Sequence record: PZ495249.1
Source: a phage
Length of the DNA stretch: 64,000 bases
Reading direction: 5' to 3' (one strand)
Positions within the stretch are counted from its first letter, which is position 1. Each line of letters starts with the position of its first letter. A program made the translations under genes and the position numbers. The notes under the pieces were generated by a model. The model was given only the letters and a program-made list of their open reading frames with translations, searched no databases and was not told where the DNA came from. This document shows positions 18,995-28,860 of the stretch, in pieces.

Positions 18995-20066
18995 TTTACA
19001 TAACGAAACTTACAAAGAGGGTAAATACCCTGTCTTCTTAGGTGAACAACTGGGGATCTTTGATTCTATTAACGTCACCTATCCTGAAATGCATCGTCTT
19101 TATAAGCTCCAGAAAGCCCAAGATTGGGATGAAAACGAGGTGAATCTGGATCAGACACGTAAAGACTTCGTAGCATGTTCTGCAAATAACTACGATGTGA
19201 TGATCAAAAACCTTTCGTTCCAGTGGGAGAATGATTCCCTGGCGAAATCTATTATCACGTTGTTCGCTCCTTTCCTGAGTAACAATGAAGCCTGTGCAAT
19301 GATGATGAAGCAGTCTGAAATTGAAGTGCTTCACGCTCTAACTTACTCTGAAATTATCCGTCAGTGTATTCCAAATCCGAACGAAGTGATCGAACAGATT
19401 ATGGAAAATGACCGTATCTTCCAGCGAATGGGTATTGTGGAAGAAGTCATGTCCGAACTGTACGAAGCTGGTCACAAGTATGCACTTGGTGAACTGGAAG
19501 CAAATGACGATCTGCGTCTACTGATCCTGAAAGGTATGATCGCTCTGATTGGTCTGGAAGGTATTCAGTTTATCTCTTCCTTCTCTGCAACATTCGCCCT
19601 GGCAGAACAGCAACTGTTCGTCGGTGCATGTAAGCTGATTCAGAAAATTATGTTGGATGAGATCTTGCATGTTAAGATGGATTATGCTATTATTGACGCA
19701 CTGATGAAGGAACCAGAGTGGAAGAAAGTTTACGATGAGAACATTGATGAACTGACTGCTATTCTGGATACCATTATCGCCCAAGAAGAAGATTGGTGCG
19801 ACTACCTGTTCAGTGAAGGTCGTGTAATTGTCGGTCTGAATGCTGAACTGTCCAAACAGTGGGTTTACTTCAACGCCGCCCCTATCTATCGTCGTCTGAA
19901 AATGAAACACAAATTCCGTTCTCCGAAACAAACGCCTCTGGCGTGGATGGATGTGTGGCTCAACCCAGACCAGATTCAAGCGGCTGCTCAGGAAATCCAA
20001 CGTACTGACTACAAACTCAACTCTGCCAATAAAGATGTGGCAGACGATGAAGAATTTGAGTGGTAA
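18981..20066 (+). CDS. nrdB: ribonucleoside-diphosphate reductase beta subunit
   Basis: Track ORF 361 aa; diiron/tyrosyl radical protein signature regions. Confidence 0.9.
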   Translation: MAAINLHNETYKEGKYPVFLGEQLGIFDSINVTYPEMHRLYKLQKAQDWDENEVNLDQTRKDFVACSANNYDVMIKNLSFQWENDSLAKSIITLFAPFLSNNEACAMMMKQSEIEVLHALTYSEIIRQCIPNPNEVIEQIMENDRIFQRMGIVEEVMSELYEAGHKYALGELEANDDLRLLILKGMIALIGLEGIQFISSFSATFALAEQQLFVGACKLIQKIMLDEILHVKMDYAIIDALMKEPEWKKVYDENIDELTAILDTIIAQEEDWCDYLFSEGRVIVGLNAELSKQWVYFNAAPIYRRLKMKHKFRSPKQTPLAWMDVWLNPDQIQAAAQEIQRTDYKLNSANKDVADDEEFEW

Positions 20067-20075
20067 GGAGCAATA

Positions 20076-20213
20076 ATGTTAGATGGTGATGTGTGCCAGG
20101 TTTGTGGTGGCACTGGTCAAGTTTATGTCGGCGGGGGCTTTAGCCCTTGCTGGACTTGTAACGGCTTCGGAGTAATTCCGAAACAAGAGGAGGAAGAAAA
20201 GGATGGGGATTGA
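20076..20213 (+). CDS. small Zn-ribbon-like protein (45 aa)
   Basis: Not in track; CQVCGG...CWTCNG. Confidence 0.35.
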   Translation: MLDGDVCQVCGGTGQVYVGGGFSPCWTCNGFGVIPKQEEEEKDGD

Positions 20214-20529
20214 TATTGGCTGGAGAATGGTACAGGGTGCTACACTGGATGTGTGGGAAGAGGCTTTCGGAGAAGATGAAACATTTCTGGAAGATTATGA
20301 CGGAGACATGGCAGGTTTCTTGGAAGATCACTTGAATGTTGTAAGGGTATCGCCGTGGTTTGATGCAGATAGCTCAGATTGTATCTTCGGTGTTAAACTT
20401 GCAGGTGGTGATTACTCCAAGGATATAGATCTTGCTGAACTTGCTGTTAAGGCAAAAGAAATAGCACACGATCTCAAGAGTAAGTATGGTATTGATACCA
20501 CTACCATTTGTAGTCAGAACGTCTACTAA
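20203..20529 (+). CDS. hypothetical acidic protein
   Basis: Track ORF. Confidence 0.5.
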   Translation: MGIDIGWRMVQGATLDVWEEAFGEDETFLEDYDGDMAGFLEDHLNVVRVSPWFDADSSDCIFGVKLAGGDYSKDIDLAELAVKAKEIAHDLKSKYGIDTTTICSQNVY

Positions 20530-20538
20530 GGAGAAAGA

Positions 20539-21534
20539 ATGCGATACCTGGTGACAGGTGGGCTTGGATTTATTGGGAGCGCGGTAGTGCGCTCTCTGCA
20601 TAAAAACCCACTTAACGAAATCTATGTTGTTGACAAATGGGGCTATGCCTCCGATCCACGTAATCTTACACTCACCCCAGATGTAAGATTCTGTAAGTTA
20701 GACTTGACAGACCTCGTGTTAACTGTTAAGATGCTGGCTGACATTAATCCAGATTACATTATCCACTTGGCGGCTGAAAGCCATGTTGACAATTCAATCT
20801 CTGCTCCAAAAGCATTCATTGAGTCAAATGTAATCGGTACGTTCAATCTGCTTGAAGCAGTGCGGTACATGGGTAACAGATCAAAGCTCAAGAAGTTCCT
20901 ACATGTCTCCACAGACGAAGTGTACGGCGATTTGAGCGTAGAAGATGTTCCGTTTACCGAAGACACACCTTATGCCCCAAGTAGCCCGTACAGCGCGTCT
21001 AAGGCAGCGAGTGACCATCTGGTACAAGCTTGGCATCGTACCTACGGAATTCCAACCGTAATTACCAATTGCTCGAACAACTTTGGTGCATATCAGCATC
21101 CAGAAAAGTTGATTCCCCGTGTAATTACGAGTATCATGATCGGTAAACAGATTCCTGTCTATGGGAACGGTTTACAAGTAAGGGATTGGTTGTTTGTCGA
21201 TGACCATGTAGATGCCTTGCTTCTGGCACTCACCGAAGGTAAGGTGGGAGAAACATATAATATCGGTAGTCGCAACCCTCGTACCAATATGGAAGTAATT
21301 TATATGATCTGTGATTATATGGATGCTGTCCATGCAGACAAGGGTTTCTATCCTGCATCAAATCTTATTAAATTCGTTAGTGATCGCCCTGGTCATGACA
21401 CTCGTTATGAGATTGATCCTACGAAGTTGGAGACAGAGTTAGGATGGGCTACTGAGGGTACATTCGAAGAGAAACTTTATCAAACCATTGAGTGGTATAT
21501 TGCTCACGACTTATGGTGGCAGAATAAAGTTTAA
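20539..21534 (+). CDS. rmlB: dTDP-glucose 4,6-dehydratase
   Basis: Track ORF; [33 protein letters not shown]; close to enterobacterial RmlB. Confidence 0.9.
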   Translation: MRYLVTGGLGFIGSAVVRSLHKNPLNEIYVVDKWGYASDPRNLTLTPDVRFCKLDLTDLVLTVKMLADINPDYIIHLAAESHVDNSISAPKAFIESNVIGTFNLLEAVRYMGNRSKLKKFLHVSTDEVYGDLSVEDVPFTEDTPYAPSSPYSASKAASDHLVQAWHRTYGIPTVITNCSNNFGAYQHPEKLIPRVITSIMIGKQIPVYGNGLQVRDWLFVDDHVDALLLALTEGKVGETYNIGSRNPRTNMEVIYMICDYMDAVHADKGFYPASNLIKFVSDRPGHDTRYEIDPTKLETELGWATEGTFEEKLYQTIEWYIAHDLWWQNKV

Positions 21535-21542
21535 GGAGGAGC

Positions 21543-22469
21543 ATGAAAGGTATTATCCTTGCGGGTGGCAGTGGCACTCGTTTGTATCCGGTGACTAAAG
21601 GGGTAAGCAAGCAATTGCTCCCCATTTACGATAAACCGATGATCTACTATCCACTATCTGTATTAATGCTGGCAGGGATAAACGATATCTTAATTATCAC
21701 AACACCCGAAGATCAGCGTAATTTCCAACAGCTTCTTGATGACGGAGAAGACTTAGGAATCAGCATCACCTATGCAACTCAGGATCAACCAAGAGGGTTG
21801 GCAGAAGCCTTTATTATCGGTGAAGATTTCATTGGTGATGATTCTGTAGCCCTTGTCCTCGGAGATAATTTATTCTTTGGACAAAGTTTCGGTACTCTCT
21901 TACATTGTGCAAAAGAGCATGTGGAATTCTATGGCGGAGCCGGAGTATTTGGTTATCGAGTGAACGATCCTGAACGATTCGGTGTTGTAGAGTTCGATGA
22001 CTCAGGTAAGGTTGTGAGTATTGAAGAGAAACCTGTTAATCCTCGCAGCAATTATGCAGTTACTGGACTTTATTTCTACGACAATTCTGTGATTCAGAAA
22101 GCCAAAGAAGTGCAACCTTCTGCTCGTGGTGAATTGGAGATTACAGACATTAACGAAATGTACCTTAAAGAACGTGCGCTCCAAGTGTGGAAACTGGGAA
22201 GAGGTTTCACTTGGCTTGACACAGGTACACATGCAAGTTTAATGGAGGCATCTCAGTTTGTGCATACAATTGAGAAACAGCAAGGAATGAAACTCGCTTG
22301 CCTTGAAGAAATTGCATTTATGAATGGGTGGATTACAGCAGAGCAACTTATTCTGACAGGAACTGCCCTGGCTAAAACAGAATATGGACAATATCTGCTT
22401 TCATTAGGAGGGGTTAGATGGAAAGCACAATTAACGTCAGAGAAACCAGCATTGAAGGTCTTGTCGTAA
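21543..22469 (+). CDS. rmlA: glucose-1-phosphate thymidylyltransferase
   Basis: Track ORF; [16 protein letters not shown]...[17 protein letters not shown]. Confidence 0.9.
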   Translation: MKGIILAGGSGTRLYPVTKGVSKQLLPIYDKPMIYYPLSVLMLAGINDILIITTPEDQRNFQQLLDDGEDLGISITYATQDQPRGLAEAFIIGEDFIGDDSVALVLGDNLFFGQSFGTLLHCAKEHVEFYGGAGVFGYRVNDPERFGVVEFDDSGKVVSIEEKPVNPRSNYAVTGLYFYDNSVIQKAKEVQPSARGELEITDINEMYLKERALQVWKLGRGFTWLDTGTHASLMEASQFVHTIEKQQGMKLACLEEIAFMNGWITAEQLILTGTALAKTEYGQYLLSLGGVRWKAQLTSEKPALKVLS

Positions 22470-22987
22470 TAACACCGAGGGTGTTCGGTGATGACCGAGG
22501 ATTTTTCCTTGAGTCTTTCAACCAAGCCCGATATGATAACCTTATTGGTGAACACACGTTTGTTCAAGATAACCACTCCCGTTCTACGAAAGGAGTCCTC
22601 CGTGGACTCCACTACCAAGAAACAAATCCCCAGGGGAAATTAGTGAGATGCACAAGCGGCATGGTATTTGATGTGGCTGTGGACTTACGTGAAGGTAGTC
22701 CGACCTTCGGAGAATGGGAAGGTGTTGTACTTAGTGAACAAAACAAAACGCAATTCTGGATTCCACCAGGATTCGCTCATGGCTTTGTCGTTATCTCAGA
22801 CGTAGCCGATTTCGAATACAAATGCACTGAATATTACGATCCAACCTCGGAACGCAGTTTACTCTGGAATGATCCTGATGTAGCTGTCGATTGGGGATTT
22901 GACTTAATCTTTGGTGATGAAAATTATCAGCCTATTCTATCTCAGAAAGATCGAGAGGCCAAAACCCTACGGGAGATTTTTGGATGA
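22418..22987 (+). CDS. rmlC: dTDP-4-dehydrorhamnose 3,5-epimerase
   Basis: Track ORF; cupin RmlC-like sequence; overlaps rmlA 3' end by 52 nt. Confidence 0.85.
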   Translation: MESTINVRETSIEGLVVITPRVFGDDRGFFLESFNQARYDNLIGEHTFVQDNHSRSTKGVLRGLHYQETNPQGKLVRCTSGMVFDVAVDLREGSPTFGEWEGVVLSEQNKTQFWIPPGFAHGFVVISDVADFEYKCTEYYDPTSERSLLWNDPDVAVDWGFDLIFGDENYQPILSQKDREAKTLREIFG

Positions 22988-23820
22988 AACGATATTTAGT
23001 ATTGGGTGGTAATGGTCAATTAGGCCAAGCACTCAATAAAGTGAAGCCGGAAGATGTAGATTTAATTTATCCTGAACGTTGTGATATTACCGATTTCAAA
23101 CAGGTGAAGGATCTAATCGTACAAACTATGCCGGAAGCAGTTATCAACTGCGCAGCATATACAGCCGTCGATAAAGCCGAAGAGGATATGCAGACTGCAA
23201 TTAGTGTTAATGCATACGGTGCTGCAAATATTGCGAAAATCTGTGGTGAACTTTACATTGACTTAATTCACATTTCGACGGATTATGTCTTTGATGGTTC
23301 ATTCCCTGGTATTGAGGGTGCTGAAACAAATCCGTTAAATGTCTACGGTTACTCCAAGCGTTTCGGTGAAGAATTAGTTCACGCGGTTCATCCTGGGGCA
23401 TTAATTATCCGTACAGCTTCTGTGTATAGCGAATTCGGTAACAACTTCCTGAAAACTATGTTAAGCCGCTACAACGGCGGTCAACGTGAGTTTGATGTTG
23501 TCTGCGATCATTACTCCTGTCCAACATATGCTCCAGATCTTGCTGAAATGATTTTCACAATGTTGGAATATGGTGTTGGTGGTCGTATTCTTCATTACGC
23601 AGGTAAAGAATATTTAAGCTGGTATGACTTTGCGACACGTATCTTCTGGGAAATAGATATGACGGTTAAAGTAAACCCAGTATCTGCTGCTCAGTATAAC
23701 TCCAAGGCAGTACGACCTGCCAAATCCTATCTTGAAACCAAAGGGTTCCTGACTCCAAAACCAGTAGCCCACGGTATTAACGAATCACTGAAAGTTCTAT
23801 TAAATAAGGAGAGAGAATGA
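22984..23820 (+). CDS. rmlD: dTDP-4-dehydrorhamnose reductase
   Basis: Track ORF; GGNGQLG, STDYVFDG, YGYSK. Confidence 0.85.
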   Translation: MKRYLVLGGNGQLGQALNKVKPEDVDLIYPERCDITDFKQVKDLIVQTMPEAVINCAAYTAVDKAEEDMQTAISVNAYGAANIAKICGELYIDLIHISTDYVFDGSFPGIEGAETNPLNVYGYSKRFGEELVHAVHPGALIIRTASVYSEFGNNFLKTMLSRYNGGQREFDVVCDHYSCPTYAPDLAEMIFTMLEYGVGGRILHYAGKEYLSWYDFATRIFWEIDMTVKVNPVSAAQYNSKAVRPAKSYLETKGFLTPKPVAHGINESLKVLLNKERE

Positions 23821-24083
23821 ATTTTGTAATCTATGGTAAACCTGACTGTCAATTCTGCACTATGGCTAAGCAGCTATTAGAGATGCGAGGTCAGGAGTTT
23901 AATTACCTCACCCTGGATGTAGATTACACTCTTGATCACATGCAAGCAGTGGTCGTAGAGAAAACAGGAATTCCACCACGTACATTCCCACAAATTTTAG
24001 TGCAGGAATCGGACGTTGCGGAGTACAAGCACGTAGGAGGTTTCACCGAACTACGTGATTTCATGGCTCAGATTGCGGAGTAA
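23817..24083 (+). CDS. glutaredoxin/NrdH-like redoxin
   Basis: Track ORF; CQFC active site in thioredoxin-fold-sized protein. Confidence 0.65.
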   Translation: MNFVIYGKPDCQFCTMAKQLLEMRGQEFNYLTLDVDYTLDHMQAVVVEKTGIPPRTFPQILVQESDVAEYKHVGGFTELRDFMAQIAE

Positions 24084-24087
24084 CAAT

Positions 24088-24234
24088 ATGAAAGGTAAAC
24101 AGAAACGTAAGATCTTTTCTCGTGCTTTGGCAGCGGAGCTAAAGTCCAACATCAAGAAAACGAAACCAAAACGTGAACCATCTCCAGAACACGCAATGTT
24201 CGACGAACTGGATCACGGCGAGGTTGACGCATAA
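24088..24234 (+). CDS. small basic hypothetical protein (48 aa)
   Basis: Not in track. Confidence 0.3.
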   Translation: MKGKQKRKIFSRALAAELKSNIKKTKPKREPSPEHAMFDELDHGEVDA

Positions 24235-24241
24235 GGAAAAC

Positions 24242-24742
24242 ATGGCTAAAGTAGTAGATGAGTTTGATATGCTACGCCTTGACGAGGGACTAAAGCTCAC
24301 CGTCTATACAGATACCGAAGGGTATTGGACAGTGGGTATTGGTCATCTCTTAACGAAAGTCAAAGATAAAGCGGTTGCTATCGCTGAACTGGATAAGCTG
24401 GTAGGTCGTAAGACCAATGGTGTTATCACAGAAGACGAAGCACGTACAATCTTCAAGAAAGACGTTGAAAAGGCTATCAAGCAGGTTAAACAGAGTAAGA
24501 TTCTATCTCCGATTTACGATAAGGTGAGTCCTACTCGTAAAATGGCAATTGTCAATATGGTATTCCAAATGGGGATTGCCGGAGCAGAATCTTTCCAAAA
24601 TAGCTTGACATTAGTGAGCAATTCGTACTATACTCAGGCTGGTATCAATTTACGTAAAAGTAAGTGGTACAAACAAACGCCTAATCGTGCAGAGCGAGTT
24701 ATCAAGGTTCTTACATCTGGAACACTTGATGCTTATAACTAA
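24242..24742 (+). CDS. endolysin, T4-type lysozyme (GH24 muramidase)
   Basis: Track ORF 24173..24742 trimmed to ATG at 24242; MLRLDEGLKLTVYTDTEGYWTVGIGHLL and WYKQTPNRAERVI nearly colinear with T4 lysozyme (recalled). Confidence 0.85.
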   Translation: MAKVVDEFDMLRLDEGLKLTVYTDTEGYWTVGIGHLLTKVKDKAVAIAELDKLVGRKTNGVITEDEARTIFKKDVEKAIKQVKQSKILSPIYDKVSPTRKMAIVNMVFQMGIAGAESFQNSLTLVSNSYYTQAGINLRKSKWYKQTPNRAERVIKVLTSGTLDAYN

Positions 24743-24745
24743 CAG

Positions 24746-24765
24746 AGGGGCGTAAGCCCCTTATT
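24746..24765 (+). terminator. GC hairpin, weak terminator
   Basis: AGGGGCGTAAGCCCCT; identical core at 38425. Confidence 0.45.
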
Positions 24766-24779
24766 CAAGGAGTGCTACT

Positions 24780-25532
24780 ATGGGAAATAAACCAGCAAAG
24801 TCTCCACGTCAGAAGCTGGCTGCTAATGACCAGAGACAAAGCCGTTATGCGGCGAAAGCTGTGGGGAACGATGACTACCGTCTTGACGAATTCTATCCAA
24901 CCGAGGCTCAGGAAGAGATTGTGCATAGCATGGTCTGGAATGACCTTACGATTGTGAATGGACGTGCAGGTACTGGTAAGACAACAACCGCTCTGTGGAA
25001 AGCGTTACAAATGCTGAAAGCAGGTGATGTACGAAAACTGCTCTTCCTGAAAAACCCAACTGAGGTGGGTGACGATCAGATTGGTTTCTTATCTGGTGAC
25101 AAGTCAGAAAAACTGACTGCGCACTACGAGTCTACCAAACGAATTTTCCAGCAATTCATGACCGCAAACAAACTGGAAACAGATATTGCTAACGGTAAAA
25201 TCGAACTAAACATTCCTAACTACGCACTGGGCGCTACCTGGGATAACACAATCATCCTGATTGACGAATCTCAGTTAATGTCTCCCGATACCATCAAGCT
25301 CCTTCTGGAACGTACTGGTATCAACTCTCGTGTTGTCGTTATCGGTGACGTGAAACAAACTTATGCTATCAAACATCGTAAAAACGGACTCGCAGATCTT
25401 GTAGATCGTGTAGCTCCGGCTGATGAAGACGGCTATCACACACCTGTAACCGACTTTATCGGATACGTTGAACTGTCAAGCGATGAGAACCAGCGTTCAC
25501 GTCTGTCTCAGTTCATCACGGAAATTTATTAA
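24780..25532 (+). CDS. phoH: PhoH-like ATPase
   Basis: Track ORF; Walker A GRAGTGKTTTAL. Confidence 0.85.
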   Translation: MGNKPAKSPRQKLAANDQRQSRYAAKAVGNDDYRLDEFYPTEAQEEIVHSMVWNDLTIVNGRAGTGKTTTALWKALQMLKAGDVRKLLFLKNPTEVGDDQIGFLSGDKSEKLTAHYESTKRIFQQFMTANKLETDIANGKIELNIPNYALGATWDNTIILIDESQLMSPDTIKLLLERTGINSRVVVIGDVKQTYAIKHRKNGLADLVDRVAPADEDGYHTPVTDFIGYVELSSDENQRSRLSQFITEIY

Positions 25533-25569
25533 TTTAACAAGGCAGGGAAGCCACTTTTATGGAGGATAA

Positions 25570-26061
25570 ATGGCATTTGTTGAAATAGGTAGAAGCGGTA
25601 TTGACGAGTGTTACCAAGCGGGTTTAGTAAAGCCGAACGAGTTCCGGCAGATTTATGTAAACAAGATTGAACAAGAGATCGCTCTCTTACTTGAAAACCT
25701 AACACTTAAACAAAAGTGGGGAATGTTCAAATCTTGGTTAAAGAATGAGGATTGGATTTTATCCCATTACCAGGAACTTTCTGATAGTAAAGACGGACTG
25801 TTTGAGTGTATAATAGAGATAGCCGCCTCAAATCCACAACTTCTTCATATTGATGAAGAAGATTCCAAACTACTTTTCCTAAGCAGTATTTTCCACAAGA
25901 AATCCTTACTCGTTCGAGAGTGCAGTGATTTATTTAATCACCCGCTCACCCGTACCGAGAAGATTCTGGTGGACAAAGAAACGTTACGCGCAATTGACTA
26001 TCTACGAAAATACGTGAACGGTGGAAAAGCAGTTCTTAAAACATTGCAGGAGGAAGAATAA
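25570..26061 (+). CDS. hypothetical protein
   Basis: Track ORF. Confidence 0.5.
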   Translation: MAFVEIGRSGIDECYQAGLVKPNEFRQIYVNKIEQEIALLLENLTLKQKWGMFKSWLKNEDWILSHYQELSDSKDGLFECIIEIAASNPQLLHIDEEDSKLLFLSSIFHKKSLLVRECSDLFNHPLTRTEKILVDKETLRAIDYLRKYVNGGKAVLKTLQEEE

Positions 26062-26750
26062 TGACAACGATTATTGCAACAAAGACTAAGATTCTAAGCG
26101 ACGGTAAAACTACCGTAGGCAATCGTGTAGACGATTACGACTTTAAGAAAGTACGTAAGATTGGGGATTATCTGGTCGGTGGCGCTGGTCGTCTAACCTC
26201 CATCCTCACATTCTTCGCCTGGTTTGAGCAGAATCTGCAATGTCAAGCGGCACAAGAATCTATCCCAGGGTTGATGATTCAATCAGATCCTGACAAGGAC
26301 GACGAAGACTTCATTGCGTTAGTTGTCCATCCTGACGGTAAAATTTTCATCCACGAAGGTGCTGATCCTCGTCGAGCATTCCCAATCGAGCGTGAATACT
26401 ACGCTGTTGGTAGTGGTGCAGACTTCGCATTAGCGGCGCTTGATGCCGGAGCCACTCCAGAACAAGCAATGGAAGTTGCAAAACTCCGTGATGCTTTCTC
26501 GGGTGGTGAAACTTTCGTAGAAGAACGCGAAGAAATTGTTGACATTACTGATGAAGATCTGAGAAACTTCTCAAGAGAGCAGCTTCTGAATCTGCTTCTT
26601 ACTGGTTCTCCAGAAGGTGATGCAGCACAACAGTTGCTGGCTACGCCGGAAGAAGAACATCCTAAAGGTGATACTGGTGAAATGGGAGTTTCTTGTGGTA
26701 TTCCTGGTGTTGCAGGTGCTACTTTTACAACTCCTTCACTGGGCGCTTAA
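26061..26750 (+). CDS. HslV/ClpQ-like Ntn-hydrolase peptidase with C-terminal extension
   Basis: Track ORF; MTTIIATK...DG.TTVGN...KKVRKIG...GGAG and AVGSGADFALAA match HslV (recalled). Confidence 0.7.
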   Translation: MTTIIATKTKILSDGKTTVGNRVDDYDFKKVRKIGDYLVGGAGRLTSILTFFAWFEQNLQCQAAQESIPGLMIQSDPDKDDEDFIALVVHPDGKIFIHEGADPRRAFPIEREYYAVGSGADFALAALDAGATPEQAMEVAKLRDAFSGGETFVEEREEIVDITDEDLRNFSREQLLNLLLTGSPEGDAAQQLLATPEEEHPKGDTGEMGVSCGIPGVAGATFTTPSLGA

Positions 26751-26756
26751 TACTAT

Positions 26757-26775
26757 GCCCCTTCGGGGGCTTTTA
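26757..26775 (+). terminator. GC hairpin, weak terminator
   Basis: GCCCCTTCGGGGGCTTTT. Confidence 0.45.
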
Positions 26776-26785
26776 AGGAGGAGAT

Positions 26786-27226
26786 ATGTTAGAAATTCCA
26801 GCTTCATTCATGGATAAGAACGTCCATGCATACCAGCAAATCTGTAAGCGAGCAAAGAATACACTGGATGCTATTGTCAGCAAACGTTATGTCATTTCTG
26901 AAAAGAAATGGTTCCGTACTATTCACTACGAAGTGAACGTTTTCGGTGAATGCAAACACAGAACAGGATCTACCGAGAGAATTCTGGAATGGATGCTTGA
27001 AAACGACCATATTTCCTCTCAAGACTATCAACTGCTCAAGTTCTACGACATGTCCAACATGGTAGATATTGTCATCGACAATCTCCAGGAACGCCGTAAC
27101 GAGAGCGATAAGGTGTCTGTGAATATGGATGAAATGCAACTCCTGTATTACATTGGAACGTTCACAGAAGACCCCACTTTAACGAAAGAGGAACTTCTTT
27201 TTGGCGAACAAGTACGACCGACCTGA
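26786..27226 (+). CDS. hypothetical protein
   Basis: Track ORF with AAGGAGGAG RBS. Confidence 0.5.
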   Translation: MLEIPASFMDKNVHAYQQICKRAKNTLDAIVSKRYVISEKKWFRTIHYEVNVFGECKHRTGSTERILEWMLENDHISSQDYQLLKFYDMSNMVDIVIDNLQERRNESDKVSVNMDEMQLLYYIGTFTEDPTLTKEELLFGEQVRPT

Positions 27227-27710
27227 GTCGGATTATTACCCAACACCACAAAAGTGTATTGAAGCACTGTTCAGTGTTATTGATTTTAAAAATTTGAGAG
27301 AAGAGGGTTGGCACTTTGCCGAGCCATGCCGAGGGGAAGCATCTGCGATTTATCAGCACTTCCCCGAAGGTTCAGAATATTGCGAGTTAGAAGAGGGTAA
27401 AGATTACTTTGCCAGTGTATGGGAAACCAAACCGGACATTATAATCACAAACCCTCCATTCAAACTGGCATTAGAGTTCTTGCAAAAGAGCTTACAAGAA
27501 GCAGACGTATCTATCTACCTGTTACGTTTGGGATTTCTGGAATCTAAGAAACGTCGAGATTTCCATAAAGCCAACCCTCCAACCAACTTGATTATTCTCT
27601 CTGAGCGACCATCGTTTGTTGCGGGTGGCACAGACAAGACAGCGTATGCCTGGTACGTCTATGATCCAAAACAAAGGCTTGGGCTTACCCAACCTTTCTA
27701 TTTTGTATAA
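27201..27710 (+). CDS. phage-type DNA N6-adenine methyltransferase-like
   Basis: Track ORF (TTG start); SDYYPTP and NPPF motifs. Confidence 0.55.
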   Translation: MANKYDRPESDYYPTPQKCIEALFSVIDFKNLREEGWHFAEPCRGEASAIYQHFPEGSEYCELEEGKDYFASVWETKPDIIITNPPFKLALEFLQKSLQEADVSIYLLRLGFLESKKRRDFHKANPPTNLIILSERPSFVAGGTDKTAYAWYVYDPKQRLGLTQPFYFV

Positions 27711-27719
27711 GGATGATTA

Positions 27720-27923
27720 ATGGCCTACAACTACTATCTTGTGTATGTTCACGAGAACACGAAAGAAGACACTGGAACGAACGTCTACGCTGAGTCGGAA
27801 GACCATGCAAAGGCTATCGGGGCAGTTCTTCTTACACGCATGACAGGGGAAGAATTTACATCGGCTGATGTTTACGCAGAAGTAGATCCTGATATGCAAG
27901 AAGATGATATCACAACCACTTGA
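27720..27923 (+). CDS. hypothetical acidic protein
   Basis: Track ORF. Confidence 0.45.
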   Translation: MAYNYYLVYVHENTKEDTGTNVYAESEDHAKAIGAVLLTRMTGEEFTSADVYAEVDPDMQEDDITTT

Positions 27924-27948
27924 CAATAGTTTTGTGTTAGTGCATACT
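27920..27948 (+). promoter_or_regulatory. sigma70-like promoter
   Basis: TTGACA-17nt-CATACT upstream of recombinase gene. Confidence 0.5.
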
Positions 27949-27973
27949 CATTGAAACAGCATAGGAGGGTGTC

Positions 27974-28636
27974 ATGAAATTCGTACTTTACCATCGTCTT
28001 TCCAAAAAGAAACAGCAAGGCAACCAATACGGTATTGAATCACAGGAAGTTGATATTCAACGTTTCCTGGACTCGCAAGAGAACTATACCGTGATCGGGA
28101 CTTTCGCTGAATACTACTCTGGTAAAGGTGACTGGAAGCAACGTAGAGAACTGGTGAAAGCCGTGGAACTCTGCAAAGCAACTGGTGCAACACTTGTGGT
28201 TGCAAAGGTTGACCGTTTAGGTCGTAACACTGCCTCAGTTGCAACGCTTCTCGAAATGGTGAATGTTCGTATTGCTACGATGCCCTCCGCTGAGAATATG
28301 GTGATTAATATCCTCGCCGTTCTCGCAGAAGAAGAAGCACGAGCGATCTCTGATCGTGTGAGAAAAAGTTTGAAAGTTGCCAAAGAGAAAGGTATACTCC
28401 TTGGTGCTGCAAATGAAAAATACAATCGTACAGATTACTCTAAGAGAGAGGAATCAAAGCGCTCTATGGAATTTGCCATGAGCATGAAAGATTCCCTTGT
28501 TGCTTTCCGTTCAATGAACACACCGTTCATGACAATTGCAAAGCATCTTAACGAAAGCGGTAAAACTACTATCCGAGGCAGCAAGTTTGATGCGAAAGCT
28601 GTCCAGCGCTTATGTTCTAAGTTAGAAATCAACTGA
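27974..28636 (+). CDS. serine recombinase (resolvase/invertase family)
   Basis: Track ORF; YHRLSKKKQ...GIESQ catalytic-Ser region, VAKVDRLGRN, C-terminal HTH-like segment. Confidence 0.7.
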   Translation: MKFVLYHRLSKKKQQGNQYGIESQEVDIQRFLDSQENYTVIGTFAEYYSGKGDWKQRRELVKAVELCKATGATLVVAKVDRLGRNTASVATLLEMVNVRIATMPSAENMVINILAVLAEEEARAISDRVRKSLKVAKEKGILLGAANEKYNRTDYSKREESKRSMEFAMSMKDSLVAFRSMNTPFMTIAKHLNESGKTTIRGSKFDAKAVQRLCSKLEIN

Positions 28637-28647
28637 GGAGGTTTGGT

Positions 28648-28842
28648 GTGATTACCCATGAGGAGACAATCGTCAAGAATTTTCCGTCAAAACGTCAGAT
28701 GGTGGAGTTTGTCCATTTTCTGGAGGCTGACGAAATACTTATCCAACGTCAAGGGGAAACCTGGAACGTTTTATACAATGCCAACAAAACCACTGTAACT
28801 CTGTCCGAAGATGATTTCTCCGAGGTAGACGTTATGAGTTGA
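28648..28842 (+). CDS. hypothetical protein
   Basis: Track ORF. Confidence 0.4.
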   Translation: MITHEETIVKNFPSKRQMVEFVHFLEADEILIQRQGETWNVLYNANKTTVTLSEDDFSEVDVMS

Positions 28843-28860
28843 GTTTTAAGGAGTACAACT

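Noticed and set aside
19518-20000. Minus-strand 160-aa ORF inside nrdB
   Set aside because: Antisense shadow of a conserved gene; no start context. Same reasoning applies to other antisense track ORFs, e.g. 7833..8342, 8686..9210, 13410..13898, 17358..17957, 34557..34982, 35447..35866, 39386..39808.
27974-28636. Interpreting the serine recombinase as evidence of a temperate prophage
   Set aside because: No tyrosine or large serine integrase, no repressor/lysogeny module and no att-like junctions; the rest of the window is typical of a virulent phage.
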